Assembly (NCBI GenBank): GCA_017615495.1
Contig: JAGAAA010000058.1
Coordinates: forward strand, 1-33,555
DNA from: Clostridia bacterium
Lineage (GTDB): Bacteria > Bacillota > Clostridia > Christensenellales > CAG-1252
Reading direction: 5' to 3'
Length of the DNA: 33,555 nt
Shown here: positions 15,332 to 23,336 of the stretch, in pieces
How positions within the stretch are numbered: the stretch's first letter is position 1
How the letters are laid out: each line of letters begins with the position of its first letter
Notes under the pieces: model-generated
The model's database searches: none
The model's input: the letters and a program-made list of their open reading frames with translations, nothing else
Told to the model about the DNA's origin: nothing
Made by a program: the position numbers and the translations under genes

Positions 15332-16036
15332 TTACTCTATGACCATAGAATCGAAGTCAATAGGCTTAACGAGTCTTTTCCACAACAGGAAAAGCGCGGT
15401 GTTTGCCGAAAGCCTTCTGATCTCCTCGCGCGAGCCCTCGAACCTGCATTCGGTCGCCGAGCACTTTACCTCGTCCGCAACGCCGATGTAGACGAGCCCG
15501 ACAGGTTTTTCCTCACTGCCGCCGCCCGGCCCCGCAATGCCCGTGGTGGAAACCGCGTAGTTTACGCCCTCTCTTAAAAGCCCACTTGCCATTTGGCAGG
15601 CAACTTGTTTGGATACGGCGCCGAAGGTGTTGAGGGTGGCTCTGTTTACGCCAAGACGCGAGATCTTGGCTTGATTGGAATAACTGACGATCCCTTCCAT
15701 AAAGCATTCGCTGCAACCGGGCACGTCCACGAGCGCGCTTGCGATCATGCCGCCCGTCAAGCTTTCCGCCACGGAAAGGGTCTGATCGTAAAGGCGCAAG
15801 CGTTCCAGCACCGTTTCGGCAAGAGTGCCCTCCCCTTCGCGGTAAACGCAACCGGGGAAAACGCCGTAAATGCGGACTGCAAGGTCGTCCTTTTGCCTAT
15901 CTTCGCAAGTGACCACGATCTTGGCGTCGAGGCAATCCACCTCCACGAGAAGCGGTGTGATCCCCGCGTCCGAAAGGGCTTTGCGAACTTCCTGCTCGGT
16001 GGAACCGAACACTTTGAAGATCATTTTTTCAAGCAT
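15332..16036 (-). CDS. cinA: CinA-family protein (KH-like plus PncC/NMN-amidohydrolase domain), lacking the N-terminal MoCF domain
   Basis: [14 protein letters not shown]...VSYSNQAK...GAVS...MA...[23 protein letters not shown] is the CinA C-terminal (PncC) domain. At only 234 aa it lacks the MoCF-biosynthesis domain. It occupies the canonical position between pgsA and recA. Confidence 0.85.
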   Translation of the reverse strand: MLEKMIFKVFGSTEQEVRKALSDAGITPLLVEVDCLDAKIVVTCEDRQKDDLAVRIYGVFPGCVYREGEGTLAETVLERLRLYDQTLSVAESLTGGMIASALVDVPGCSECFMEGIVSYSNQAKISRLGVNRATLNTFGAVSKQVACQMASGLLREGVNYAVSTTGIAGPGGGSEEKPVGLVYIGVADEVKCSATECRFEGSREEIRRLSANTALFLLWKRLVKPIDFDSMVIE

Positions 16037-16610
16037 CCTTTTCCTCCTTTTGGGCTTGTTGCGAAAGCACCTTACGGTTTTTGATAAGATAATTTGCGCC
16101 CGATATCACGGTAAACACAAACGCCGCTGCAAAAACGACGTTGCCCACGATCTTGACCACGACGTGAAACTCCGAGATCATCATAAGGGGTATCGCCGTG
16201 TTGAGAAGCGCGGTTTTTACCTTGCCGAACTTATCCGCCGCAAGGATCATCCCTTTGCTTGCCGCAATGGTGCGGAAGGCGCCGATCAAAACTTCCCTGC
16301 CAACGATGACAGCGGTAAAGATCACGCCCACGGGCGGATTGAAAAACATCATTGCGTCGCCGTTTGCCGCTTCCATAATGAGCACGGTGCAGGCGAGCAC
16401 CTTATCCGCGATGGGGTCGAGAAGCTTGCCGAGATCGGTCACTTGGCAACGCTTTCTGGCGATCTTGCCGTCGATCATATCGGTAAGCGCCGCGGCGACG
16501 AACAAAAGCCCCGCCACAAGATAATGATAAGGAAATACGACGTAAAAGAGAGCTACGATCACCGGGATCGCCGCAATTCTCGATAACGTCAGTTTAGTAG
16601 GCAAATTCAT
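16029..16610 (-). CDS. pgsA: CDP-diacylglycerol--glycerol-3-phosphate 3-phosphatidyltransferase
   Basis: NLPTKLTLSRI...DMIDGKIARKRCQVTDLGKLLDPIADK is the CDP-alcohol phosphatidyltransferase motif. It overlaps cinA by 8 nt and rimO by 4 nt. Confidence 0.93.
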   Translation of the reverse strand: MNLPTKLTLSRIAAIPVIVALFYVVFPYHYLVAGLLFVAAALTDMIDGKIARKRCQVTDLGKLLDPIADKVLACTVLIMEAANGDAMMFFNPPVGVIFTAVIVGREVLIGAFRTIAASKGMILAADKFGKVKTALLNTAIPLMMISEFHVVVKIVGNVVFAAAFVFTVISGANYLIKNRKVLSQQAQKEEKDA

Positions 16611-17929
16611 TGTTTGCTCCTTACGGTTTGTCCGTACAAGTCAAGTTTTTTGGTCTTTTTTACGAGGACGGGATAGCTTTCGCCGATCTCGATGGGCTCA
16701 TCCGACGTAAAGTAGACTTTTGCGTCCACGTCGGGGCAAAGCCTTTCCGTATGCCCGTAAAAACATTGTTTGTCGTAATCGATGCCGTCGTACGTGACGT
16801 AAAGCACCGTTCCGACCTTTTCTTTTGCTTTTTGCTCCGCAATGGCGGATTGCAAGGCTTCCGCTTTTTTGAGCCTTTGCTTCTTCACGCTTTGCGGTAC
16901 CTGTCCTTTCATGCGAGCGGCGGGCGTGCCCTCCTCTTTGGAATAAGCGAAGAAGCCCACGTTGTCCAAACGCGCCTCCTCCAAGAAGGAAAGCAAGTCT
17001 TCAAACTCTTCTTCCGTTTCCTGCGGGAAGCCCACCATAAAGGTCGAGCGGATGGCTATACCGCTTTTTTTGCCGCGAATGTAAGCGATCCTATCCAAAA
17101 GCGAACGACGGTTGTCGCGGCGGTTCATCCTCTTAAGCACGCCGTCCGACGCGTGTTGCATCGGCATATCTAAGTACTTGGCGATCTTGGGTTCGCTGTC
17201 GATGAAATCGATCAGTTCGTCCGTGCACATATCCGGATAGCAATACAGCAAGCGGATCTTTTCCACCGGAAGTGCGATGAGCGCGCGCAATAGATCGATA
17301 AGCTTTGGCTCCCCGTAAAGGTCGGAGCCGTAACGCGTTACGTCCTGCGCGACGAGGATCAACTCTTTGACGCCTTGACCGACAAGCCCGTCCGCCTCTT
17401 TTACCAGGCTTTCGATGGGCGTGCTTGCGTACGCGCCGCGTATGCCCGGGATTGCGCAGAAGGTGCACTTGTTGTCGCACCCGTCCGAAACCTTGAGGTA
17501 AGCGTAATGGTACGGGGTGGTGACCACGCGGCTTTCCACGCGCTCGCGCCCGCCGGCGTTGGTCATGACGACCTTTTCGCCTTTTTCAAGTTTCGTAAGA
17601 ACCTCCCCGATGCGGTCGTAACAGGAATTGTCAAGGAGCGCATCCGCTTCCTTGAGCCCGTCAGCCGCGGTCAGTTCCGAAAGATAACGCATCGGCAAGC
17701 AACCCGCCACGATCAAATACTTGACGTTTTTGTGCGAGCGCGCTTCAAAGACGGTGTCCAAACTCTCCTTGACCGCGCTTTGCAAAAAGGCGCAAGTGTT
17801 GACGATGACGGCGTCCGCTTCGTCAACGTCGTTTACGATCCGGTGCCCCGCTTGAAGCACGAAGCCGAGCAATCGCTCGGTATCCACGCGGTTTTTATCG
17901 CATCCGAGGGAAATGGCGCCTACTTTCAT
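16607..17929 (-). CDS. rimO: Ribosomal protein S12 methylthiotransferase RimO
   Basis: MTTase N-domain MKVGAISLGCDKNRVDTE; radical SAM CDNKCTFCAIP; C-terminal TRAM-like domain. Confidence 0.92.
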   Translation of the reverse strand: MKVGAISLGCDKNRVDTERLLGFVLQAGHRIVNDVDEADAVIVNTCAFLQSAVKESLDTVFEARSHKNVKYLIVAGCLPMRYLSELTAADGLKEADALLDNSCYDRIGEVLTKLEKGEKVVMTNAGGRERVESRVVTTPYHYAYLKVSDGCDNKCTFCAIPGIRGAYASTPIESLVKEADGLVGQGVKELILVAQDVTRYGSDLYGEPKLIDLLRALIALPVEKIRLLYCYPDMCTDELIDFIDSEPKIAKYLDMPMQHASDGVLKRMNRRDNRRSLLDRIAYIRGKKSGIAIRSTFMVGFPQETEEEFEDLLSFLEEARLDNVGFFAYSKEEGTPAARMKGQVPQSVKKQRLKKAEALQSAIAEQKAKEKVGTVLYVTYDGIDYDKQCFYGHTERLCPDVDAKVYFTSDEPIEIGESYPVLVKKTKKLDLYGQTVRSKQ

Positions 17930-20900
17930 CTTGCTTCGTCCCCGTCGATGCCGTCTTCGCCGTACAGCTGGTAATACTCGTCAAGGGTGATGATCACCTG
18001 ACGTGATTTATTGCCCGCTTCGGCGGGACCGAGATACCCTCTTTCCGCCATCGTTTCCACGATCCTCGCCGCCCTGCCGTACCCGATGTGGTACTTGATC
18101 TGTAACTTGGAAATGGAAGCTTGACCGTTGTTGATAAAATACAAAAGCGCCGAGCCGAACAACGGGTCTTCGCCGTCGTCCTCGCTTTCAGGATCCTGCC
18201 CCTTGGTGTTTTCCGCCGGGACTTCCTTATCCGCTTGGATCACCTTTTCCGCCGCGGAATCGTAACGCGCGTCGTTGTGCTCCTTGATGAAAGAAACGAT
18301 GGGCCCGATCTCGTCGTTGATGTACGGACCTTGCAAACGGATGGGATCGCCGCCTTCTGGCGCCATATAAAGCATATCGCCGTTGCCGAACAAGGATTCC
18401 GCGCCGCCGCGATCCAAAATGGTCTTGGAATCGGTAAAGGAAGTTACCTTAAACGCAATTCTCGAAGGAATGTTGTTTTTGATCGTACCCGTGATGACGT
18501 CCACGGAGGGGCGTTGCGTTGCAATAACGAGGTGGATGCCCGCCGCGCGCGCTTTGGCGGTGATGCGGCTGATCTTTTCTTCCACTTCACGCTTTGCCGC
18601 AAGCATCAAGTCCGCCATTTCGTCCACGATGAAGACGATGTAGTACAGGCCCTTTTCGCCCTTCTTCTTTTGCATGGCGTTATATTCACCGAGGTTGCGG
18701 CAACCGTTTTCACCCAAAAGTTGATAACGGCGCTCCATCTCGTTGACCGCCCAATTCAAAGCGTTGACCGCCTTATCGGTTTCGGTAACGGTGCTGGGCA
18801 TCAACATATGCGGCATGTCCTTATACACCGAAAGTTCCACCTTCTTGGGGTCGACCATAATAAAGCGAACGAATTCAGGCGAATAATGGTACATAATGCT
18901 GGTGATCATCACGTTTAAGGCGACGCTCTTACCGCTGCCGGTGGAGCCTGCCACCAAAAGGTGCGGCATTTTCAACAGATCGCCGTAGATCGCTTGCCCG
19001 CTGACGTTGACGCCGATAACAAAGTACAACTTGCCTTCCTTGGCAAAATTGGGCGAATTGATGATGGAACGCAGCCCGACCATCGAAGTCTTGGCGTTGG
19101 GCACCTCGATACCGACGGCGTCCAGCCCCGGCACCGAGGAAATGATTCTGATGTTTTTATCCACCTTGAGTTTGCGCTTGATATCCTTTTCCAGCGGGGT
19201 CAACTTGTTGACCGACATATTGTCCGGCAAGGTGACGGCAAACTGCGTGAAGGTCGGACCGGTCTTGTGGTCGATGACTTCGGAATTGATATGGAAGGAA
19301 GCAAGCGCCTGCACAAGGCTTCTGCCCCGCTCTTCAACGTCCTCGTCGTCCTGAATGGTGGGATATTCGGTAAGAAGGCTAACGGGCGGGGGCGTATAGG
19401 GACGCGCGGGCGGAAGTTGCTCTTCCTCCTGCGCGATTTGGTCGATGTTCATCTGTTGCACCTTTTTGGGGTCAATGTAACCGGACTCATCGTGCGTGTG
19501 ATGCGTGCCGCCGATATCGGAACGCGGTTTGCGCGTCGGACGTGCGATGGGGGTATCCGCCTCAAACATATCCGAAGGACGCGCGGCGGGCGCGGGTTTC
19601 GCTTCAAAGGCAGAAGTGAACTTGCTTTCCGCTACGCGGGGCTCCTCAACGGCAGGCTCCGATTTCATGGGCTGCTGTTCAACGGGCGAAGGCTCTTCCT
19701 CTACCGGATGGAGATAGGAAGACTCGCGCGGCGTGATGGTGGGCTTGGCGGGCGCCACAGGCGGACGGAAATCGATGGAAGAAGGACGCTCCGCCGGTTT
19801 TACCGGCTCAACGGAAGCGCGGAAGGATGCGGTCGGCTCGGGCGGAAGTTCCGTCTTAACGGGGGCTTCTTCCTTTTGTTCAACGACCGGCTCATTCGCA
19901 ATGGGCTCTTCGCCGATGAAGCGGGTGCGCTTGGGGGCGTTGTTTTCCTTTTCGCGCAAACGCTGCAAGTCGGACATGTTCTCAATAATGCCGTCCAAAC
20001 GCGGCGTGGGCTTGCCCTGACGTTCCCTCAACTTGGAGATAGGCGGCTCCGTCGGAGCTGCTTTGGGCTGCTCGGCGGGGGCTTCTTCCTTTTTGGGCGC
20101 ATCGAAACGCGGCTCCTCGGGAATGCCGGACAAAGCGTCGTCACCGTAAAGGGTGCGATTTGCCTGCGCGCGGTCGCTTGCATAGCGCCTAACGAAGGCG
20201 GGCATATCGTCCGCGCCGTTATCTTCCTCATCATCAAAGAGGGGCGAACGCGTCTTATCGGCGCGAGGCGCGGAATAATAATCGTCGTAATCTTCCCCAT
20301 CGTCGTTTGCCTTCCTGCCGCCGTAAACGTCAAACTGGGTAGGTTGCGGCTCGGGGATCACCCCTTCCGAAGCGGTCAAAGGACGGTTGTCGCTGTAATC
20401 GAAAAACTCGGGTTCCGGGCCCTTTTTCGCAAAAAGGCCTTTCGTCTTGATCTTTTGCGCGTCCTTTTGTCCGGGACGGACCTTGTCCACAAAGAGCGAA
20501 AGCTTCTTTGCTTCGGGACGGGCGGCTTCTTGCTTGGGTTGCTTTTGCGCCTTTTCGGGACGAGCGCCACCGGTAATTTTGGCGCCGCGCATAAAGGGGA
20601 ACAACGCGAAGAACAAAATGATGACGAACAAGACGGCCACCACGATGGCGGAATACTTGCCCATCAAAGAAAGCAACGGATAAGCGGGAATGGCAAAGAG
20701 CCAACCGCCGCCGGTGCCGACGCCGGCGTGGAAACAGGTGCTTAAATAAGCGGAAAAGCTTTCGGTCTCAAGCTCGCTGAATTCCGCATGCGAAGTGATG
20801 ATCTGCAAATATACGAACGCAACGACGGAAAGAACGACTATGTAAGCGACCGTCCTCACCTTAACGCCTTTTTTGAAAACGCGCAAGGTTTTGAAGATAA

Positions 20901-21096
20901 AAAGGAGGATGGCAGCGGATGCGATCGCATAGCCGCCAAAACCGAAAACGCCGAGGAAGAAACCCTTCAGCGTGCTTCCGAACAAACCGATCATCGAAAG
21001 CAAAACGAAAAGGAGCGCCAAAAAGACAAAGAGCGGAAGCAGGAAGCTTACGCGTCTATCTCTCGCATTGTGTTTTTGTGGTCTTCTTTCAGTCAT
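17926..21096 (-). CDS. ftsK: DNA translocase FtsK/SpoIIIE with a very long P/E/A/K-rich linker
   Basis: N-terminal TM segments. Low-complexity linker (about 19400-20590). Motor domain with Walker A VAGSTGSGKSV and Walker B FIVDEMADL. C-terminal gamma wHTH (QASISKLQIKYHIGYGRAARIVETMAERGYL). Confidence 0.95.
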   Translation of the reverse strand: MTERRPQKHNARDRRVSFLLPLFVFLALLFVLLSMIGLFGSTLKGFFLGVFGFGGYAIASAAILLFIFKTLRVFKKGVKVRTVAYIVVLSVVAFVYLQIITSHAEFSELETESFSAYLSTCFHAGVGTGGGWLFAIPAYPLLSLMGKYSAIVVAVLFVIILFFALFPFMRGAKITGGARPEKAQKQPKQEAARPEAKKLSLFVDKVRPGQKDAQKIKTKGLFAKKGPEPEFFDYSDNRPLTASEGVIPEPQPTQFDVYGGRKANDDGEDYDDYYSAPRADKTRSPLFDDEEDNGADDMPAFVRRYASDRAQANRTLYGDDALSGIPEEPRFDAPKKEEAPAEQPKAAPTEPPISKLRERQGKPTPRLDGIIENMSDLQRLREKENNAPKRTRFIGEEPIANEPVVEQKEEAPVKTELPPEPTASFRASVEPVKPAERPSSIDFRPPVAPAKPTITPRESSYLHPVEEEPSPVEQQPMKSEPAVEEPRVAESKFTSAFEAKPAPAARPSDMFEADTPIARPTRKPRSDIGGTHHTHDESGYIDPKKVQQMNIDQIAQEEEQLPPARPYTPPPVSLLTEYPTIQDDEDVEERGRSLVQALASFHINSEVIDHKTGPTFTQFAVTLPDNMSVNKLTPLEKDIKRKLKVDKNIRIISSVPGLDAVGIEVPNAKTSMVGLRSIINSPNFAKEGKLYFVIGVNVSGQAIYGDLLKMPHLLVAGSTGSGKSVALNVMITSIMYHYSPEFVRFIMVDPKKVELSVYKDMPHMLMPSTVTETDKAVNALNWAVNEMERRYQLLGENGCRNLGEYNAMQKKKGEKGLYYIVFIVDEMADLMLAAKREVEEKISRITAKARAAGIHLVIATQRPSVDVITGTIKNNIPSRIAFKVTSFTDSKTILDRGGAESLFGNGDMLYMAPEGGDPIRLQGPYINDEIGPIVSFIKEHNDARYDSAAEKVIQADKEVPAENTKGQDPESEDDGEDPLFGSALLYFINNGQASISKLQIKYHIGYGRAARIVETMAERGYLGPAEAGNKSRQVIITLDEYYQLYGEDGIDGDEAR

Positions 21097-22361
21097 TTGT
21101 AAATCTCCGTTAAGTCAAAACTCGTTCGTTTGCCGACGTACCCTACGCCGACTTCGTTGGTTTTAAAGAAGGCGGGGATCATTGCGTTGACCTCTTCCCT
21201 ATCCAACTTTTCCAAAATGGCAAGACGCTCGTCCACGTCAAACGGACGGTTAAGGAAAAGCGCGGACTTGCCGTTTGTGCGCATCAAAGACATACTGCTC
21301 TCCCCGCCGAGGGTCAAGCTGCCTTTGACCTGTTGTTTGGCGCGATGGAAGGACTCCTCATCCATCCCGCTTTTGCAAAAACCGTCAATACACTTTTTGA
21401 CCGCGTCAACGGCTTTTTTGAGATTTTTCGGATTGGTACCGAGGTAGATGCATTGCGCGCCCGTGTCCTCGTAGGTGGAAAGATAATTGTACACCGAGTA
21501 AACCAAACCGAGCTTCTCACGCACTTCTTGGAAAAGGATGCTGCTCATCCCACCGCCGAGAGCGCAAGACAAAACCGACACCCCGAGAAGACGAGGGTCC
21601 GCATAAGAAAGCGAAGGGAACGCGATGGTGAGGTTTGCTTGCTCGATCTCTTTGAAGCAAGCTTCCACCTTGCCGCCGCGCGCCGCCGGAAATTCAAAGG
21701 AACGCTTTTGCACGGGGCGGGAAGGAAAGTTGAAATATTTCAAAACCACTTCCACCGCTCTTTCGCGCGAAATGTTGCCGCAAACGGATACGACGATGTT
21801 TTCCGCTACGTAATGGGAAGAAACGAAGGAGATCACGTCGTCACGGGTGAAGCGCTCAACGTTCTCCCTCGTGCCGAGAATGTTTTTGCCAAGAGGATGC
21901 TCCTTCCAAAAAGAGGCGGAGCAAAGCTCCTGCGAAAGATCGTCCGGGATGTCGTAAACCATATCGATCTCTTCCAGCACGACGCCGCGCTCCTTCTCCA
22001 CCTCTTCGGCAGGGAAAGTGGAATGCAAAAGAAGATCGGACAAGACGTCCGCGCATTCGTCAACGGTGTCGTCGATGCATTGGAAGTAAAAACCGGTAAG
22101 TTCCTTGGAAGTAAAGGCGTTCATATTGGCGCCCAAAGAATCCATCTCCTTAACGAGATCAAAAGCGGAACGCTTTTCCGTCCCTTTGAAAAGCACGTGT
22201 TCTGTAAAATGGGCAATGCCGTTATCGGTGGAAAGCTCGTTTCTGCTGCCGATCTTTACGAAAACGCCGAGGGAAACGGAATGAATATACGGAATATTTT
22301 GATAAGCCAAGCGGATGCCGTTTGGCAAAGCGATTATTTCGTTCATAAGACTATTATACAT
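21093..22361 (-). CDS. M16-family zinc peptidase (MlpA/YmxG-like)
   Basis: Inverted zinc motif HFTEH (HxxEH) within GIAHFTEHVLFKG, and a two-domain M16 length. The start could alternatively be ATG at 22344-22346. No clear SD is present. Confidence 0.88.
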   Translation of the reverse strand: MYNSLMNEIIALPNGIRLAYQNIPYIHSVSLGVFVKIGSRNELSTDNGIAHFTEHVLFKGTEKRSAFDLVKEMDSLGANMNAFTSKELTGFYFQCIDDTVDECADVLSDLLLHSTFPAEEVEKERGVVLEEIDMVYDIPDDLSQELCSASFWKEHPLGKNILGTRENVERFTRDDVISFVSSHYVAENIVVSVCGNISRERAVEVVLKYFNFPSRPVQKRSFEFPAARGGKVEACFKEIEQANLTIAFPSLSYADPRLLGVSVLSCALGGGMSSILFQEVREKLGLVYSVYNYLSTYEDTGAQCIYLGTNPKNLKKAVDAVKKCIDGFCKSGMDEESFHRAKQQVKGSLTLGGESSMSLMRTNGKSALFLNRPFDVDERLAILEKLDREEVNAMIPAFFKTNEVGVGYVGKRTSFDLTEIYK

Positions 22362-22434
22362 AATTATTTAAATTATGTAAAGACGTACCGAAGTTTTTTA
22401 CAAACTTTTTTCGCTTTGAGCATATATTTCAAGC

Positions 22435-23178
22435 ATGAAAAAAGTATTGCCGAAAACCCTCTTTTCGAAACCCCTTCCGCGAAAGGTTGCGGACGTCCTT
22501 TCCGCCATCGTGCTGCTGTTCACGGTCACCGCCCTGTTTTTTGCCACAAAACTGACATATCCGCAAGACACAAAGAGCGTGGACGCGGGCAACTTTGCCA
22601 TCTACAAAGGCAGCGAACAAAGAGAGGCTGCCGCCCTCACCTTCAACGTGTACGAAGGGGCGGACGTCGTGCGGGAGATCCTGACTATTCTTCGTAAATA
22701 TGCGGCAAAAGCAACTTTCTTCATCGGCGGCATATGGGCAGAAGACAACGCGGAAACCATCCTGGAGATCGTCGAAGGCGGGCACGAGATAGGCTCGCAC
22801 GGGTACAGCCACAAAGACCACGCAAAACTGTCATTAGAACAAAACAAAGAGGAAATGGCAAAAACCAACCGACTATTGCGAAAAATCACGGGGAATCCCG
22901 TCCTTTTGTTCGCCCCGCCCTCTGGTTCTTTTGGTGAAAACACCGTGGCGGCGTGCCGCGCTTTGGGGCAAAAAATGATCCTGTGGACAAAGGACACCAT
23001 CGATTGGCGAGACAAGGACGTCCCGCTCCTTGTAAAACGCGCGACAAAAAACATCAAAAACGGCGACCTGATCCTAATGCACCCCAAGACGCAAACCGTC
23101 ACCGCCCTTCCCCAAATCATCGAAGCCTACATCGCAAAAGGACTCTCTCTTCTAACCGTATCCGAAGTTATAGCGTAG
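22435..23178 (+). CDS. Polysaccharide deacetylase (NodB-homology, YlxY/PdaB-like) with an N-terminal signal anchor
   Basis: LTFNVYEGADVV...ATFFIGGIWAE...GHEIGSHGYSHKDH...LFAPPSGSF...ILWTKDTIDWRD...GDLILMH. The N-terminus is MKKVLPK followed by a hydrophobic helix. Confidence 0.85.
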   Translation: MKKVLPKTLFSKPLPRKVADVLSAIVLLFTVTALFFATKLTYPQDTKSVDAGNFAIYKGSEQREAAALTFNVYEGADVVREILTILRKYAAKATFFIGGIWAEDNAETILEIVEGGHEIGSHGYSHKDHAKLSLEQNKEEMAKTNRLLRKITGNPVLLFAPPSGSFGENTVAACRALGQKMILWTKDTIDWRDKDVPLLVKRATKNIKNGDLILMHPKTQTVTALPQIIEAYIAKGLSLLTVSEVIA

Positions 23179-23247
23179 CGTCGGCAAAGCCGAACGACGT
23201 TGCGCCCCCAGCGAGCGCGGAGAAGGGTTGCAGATGCGCGACTCTAC

Positions 23248-23298
23248 AAAAAAAATCCGCAGGCGCGTACTCCTTGTACGTAACTGCGGAATTTTTTT
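23248..23298. terminator. Bidirectional rho-independent terminator shared by the deacetylase gene (+) and pnp (-); carries conserved hairpin element copy 2
   Basis: A8 (23248-23255) - TCCGCAG-GC-G-CGTAC-TCCTT-GTACG-T-AA-CTGCGGA - A - T7 (23292-23298). A U-run follows the hairpin on both strands. Confidence 0.8.
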
Positions 23299-23336
23299 GT
23301 TAGTAACAAAGCAGATGCGCCCTTATACGCGCTCGC

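Noticed and set aside
22356-22383. dif-like sequence next to the ftsK operon. TTATGTAAAGA matches 9/11 of the XerD arm of B. subtilis dif (TTATGTAAACT) and has an AT-rich centre.
   Set aside because: The putative XerC arm matches only 3/11. The inner palindrome CATAA/TTATG is separated by 9 nt rather than 6 nt. Gene orientation does not switch here, since both flanks are minus-strand, so this is not a terminus. It is most likely a chance match in an AT-rich promoter region overlapping the M16 start codon.
22377-22402. Possible degenerate third copy (3' half) of the rny/pnp hairpin element: GACGTACCGAAGTTTTTTAC versus GTACGTAACTGCGGAATTTTTTTG.
   Set aside because: The similarity needs several gaps, reaches only about 60%, has no complementary 5' half, and lies in low-complexity T-rich sequence. 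It is not distinguishable from chance by eye.
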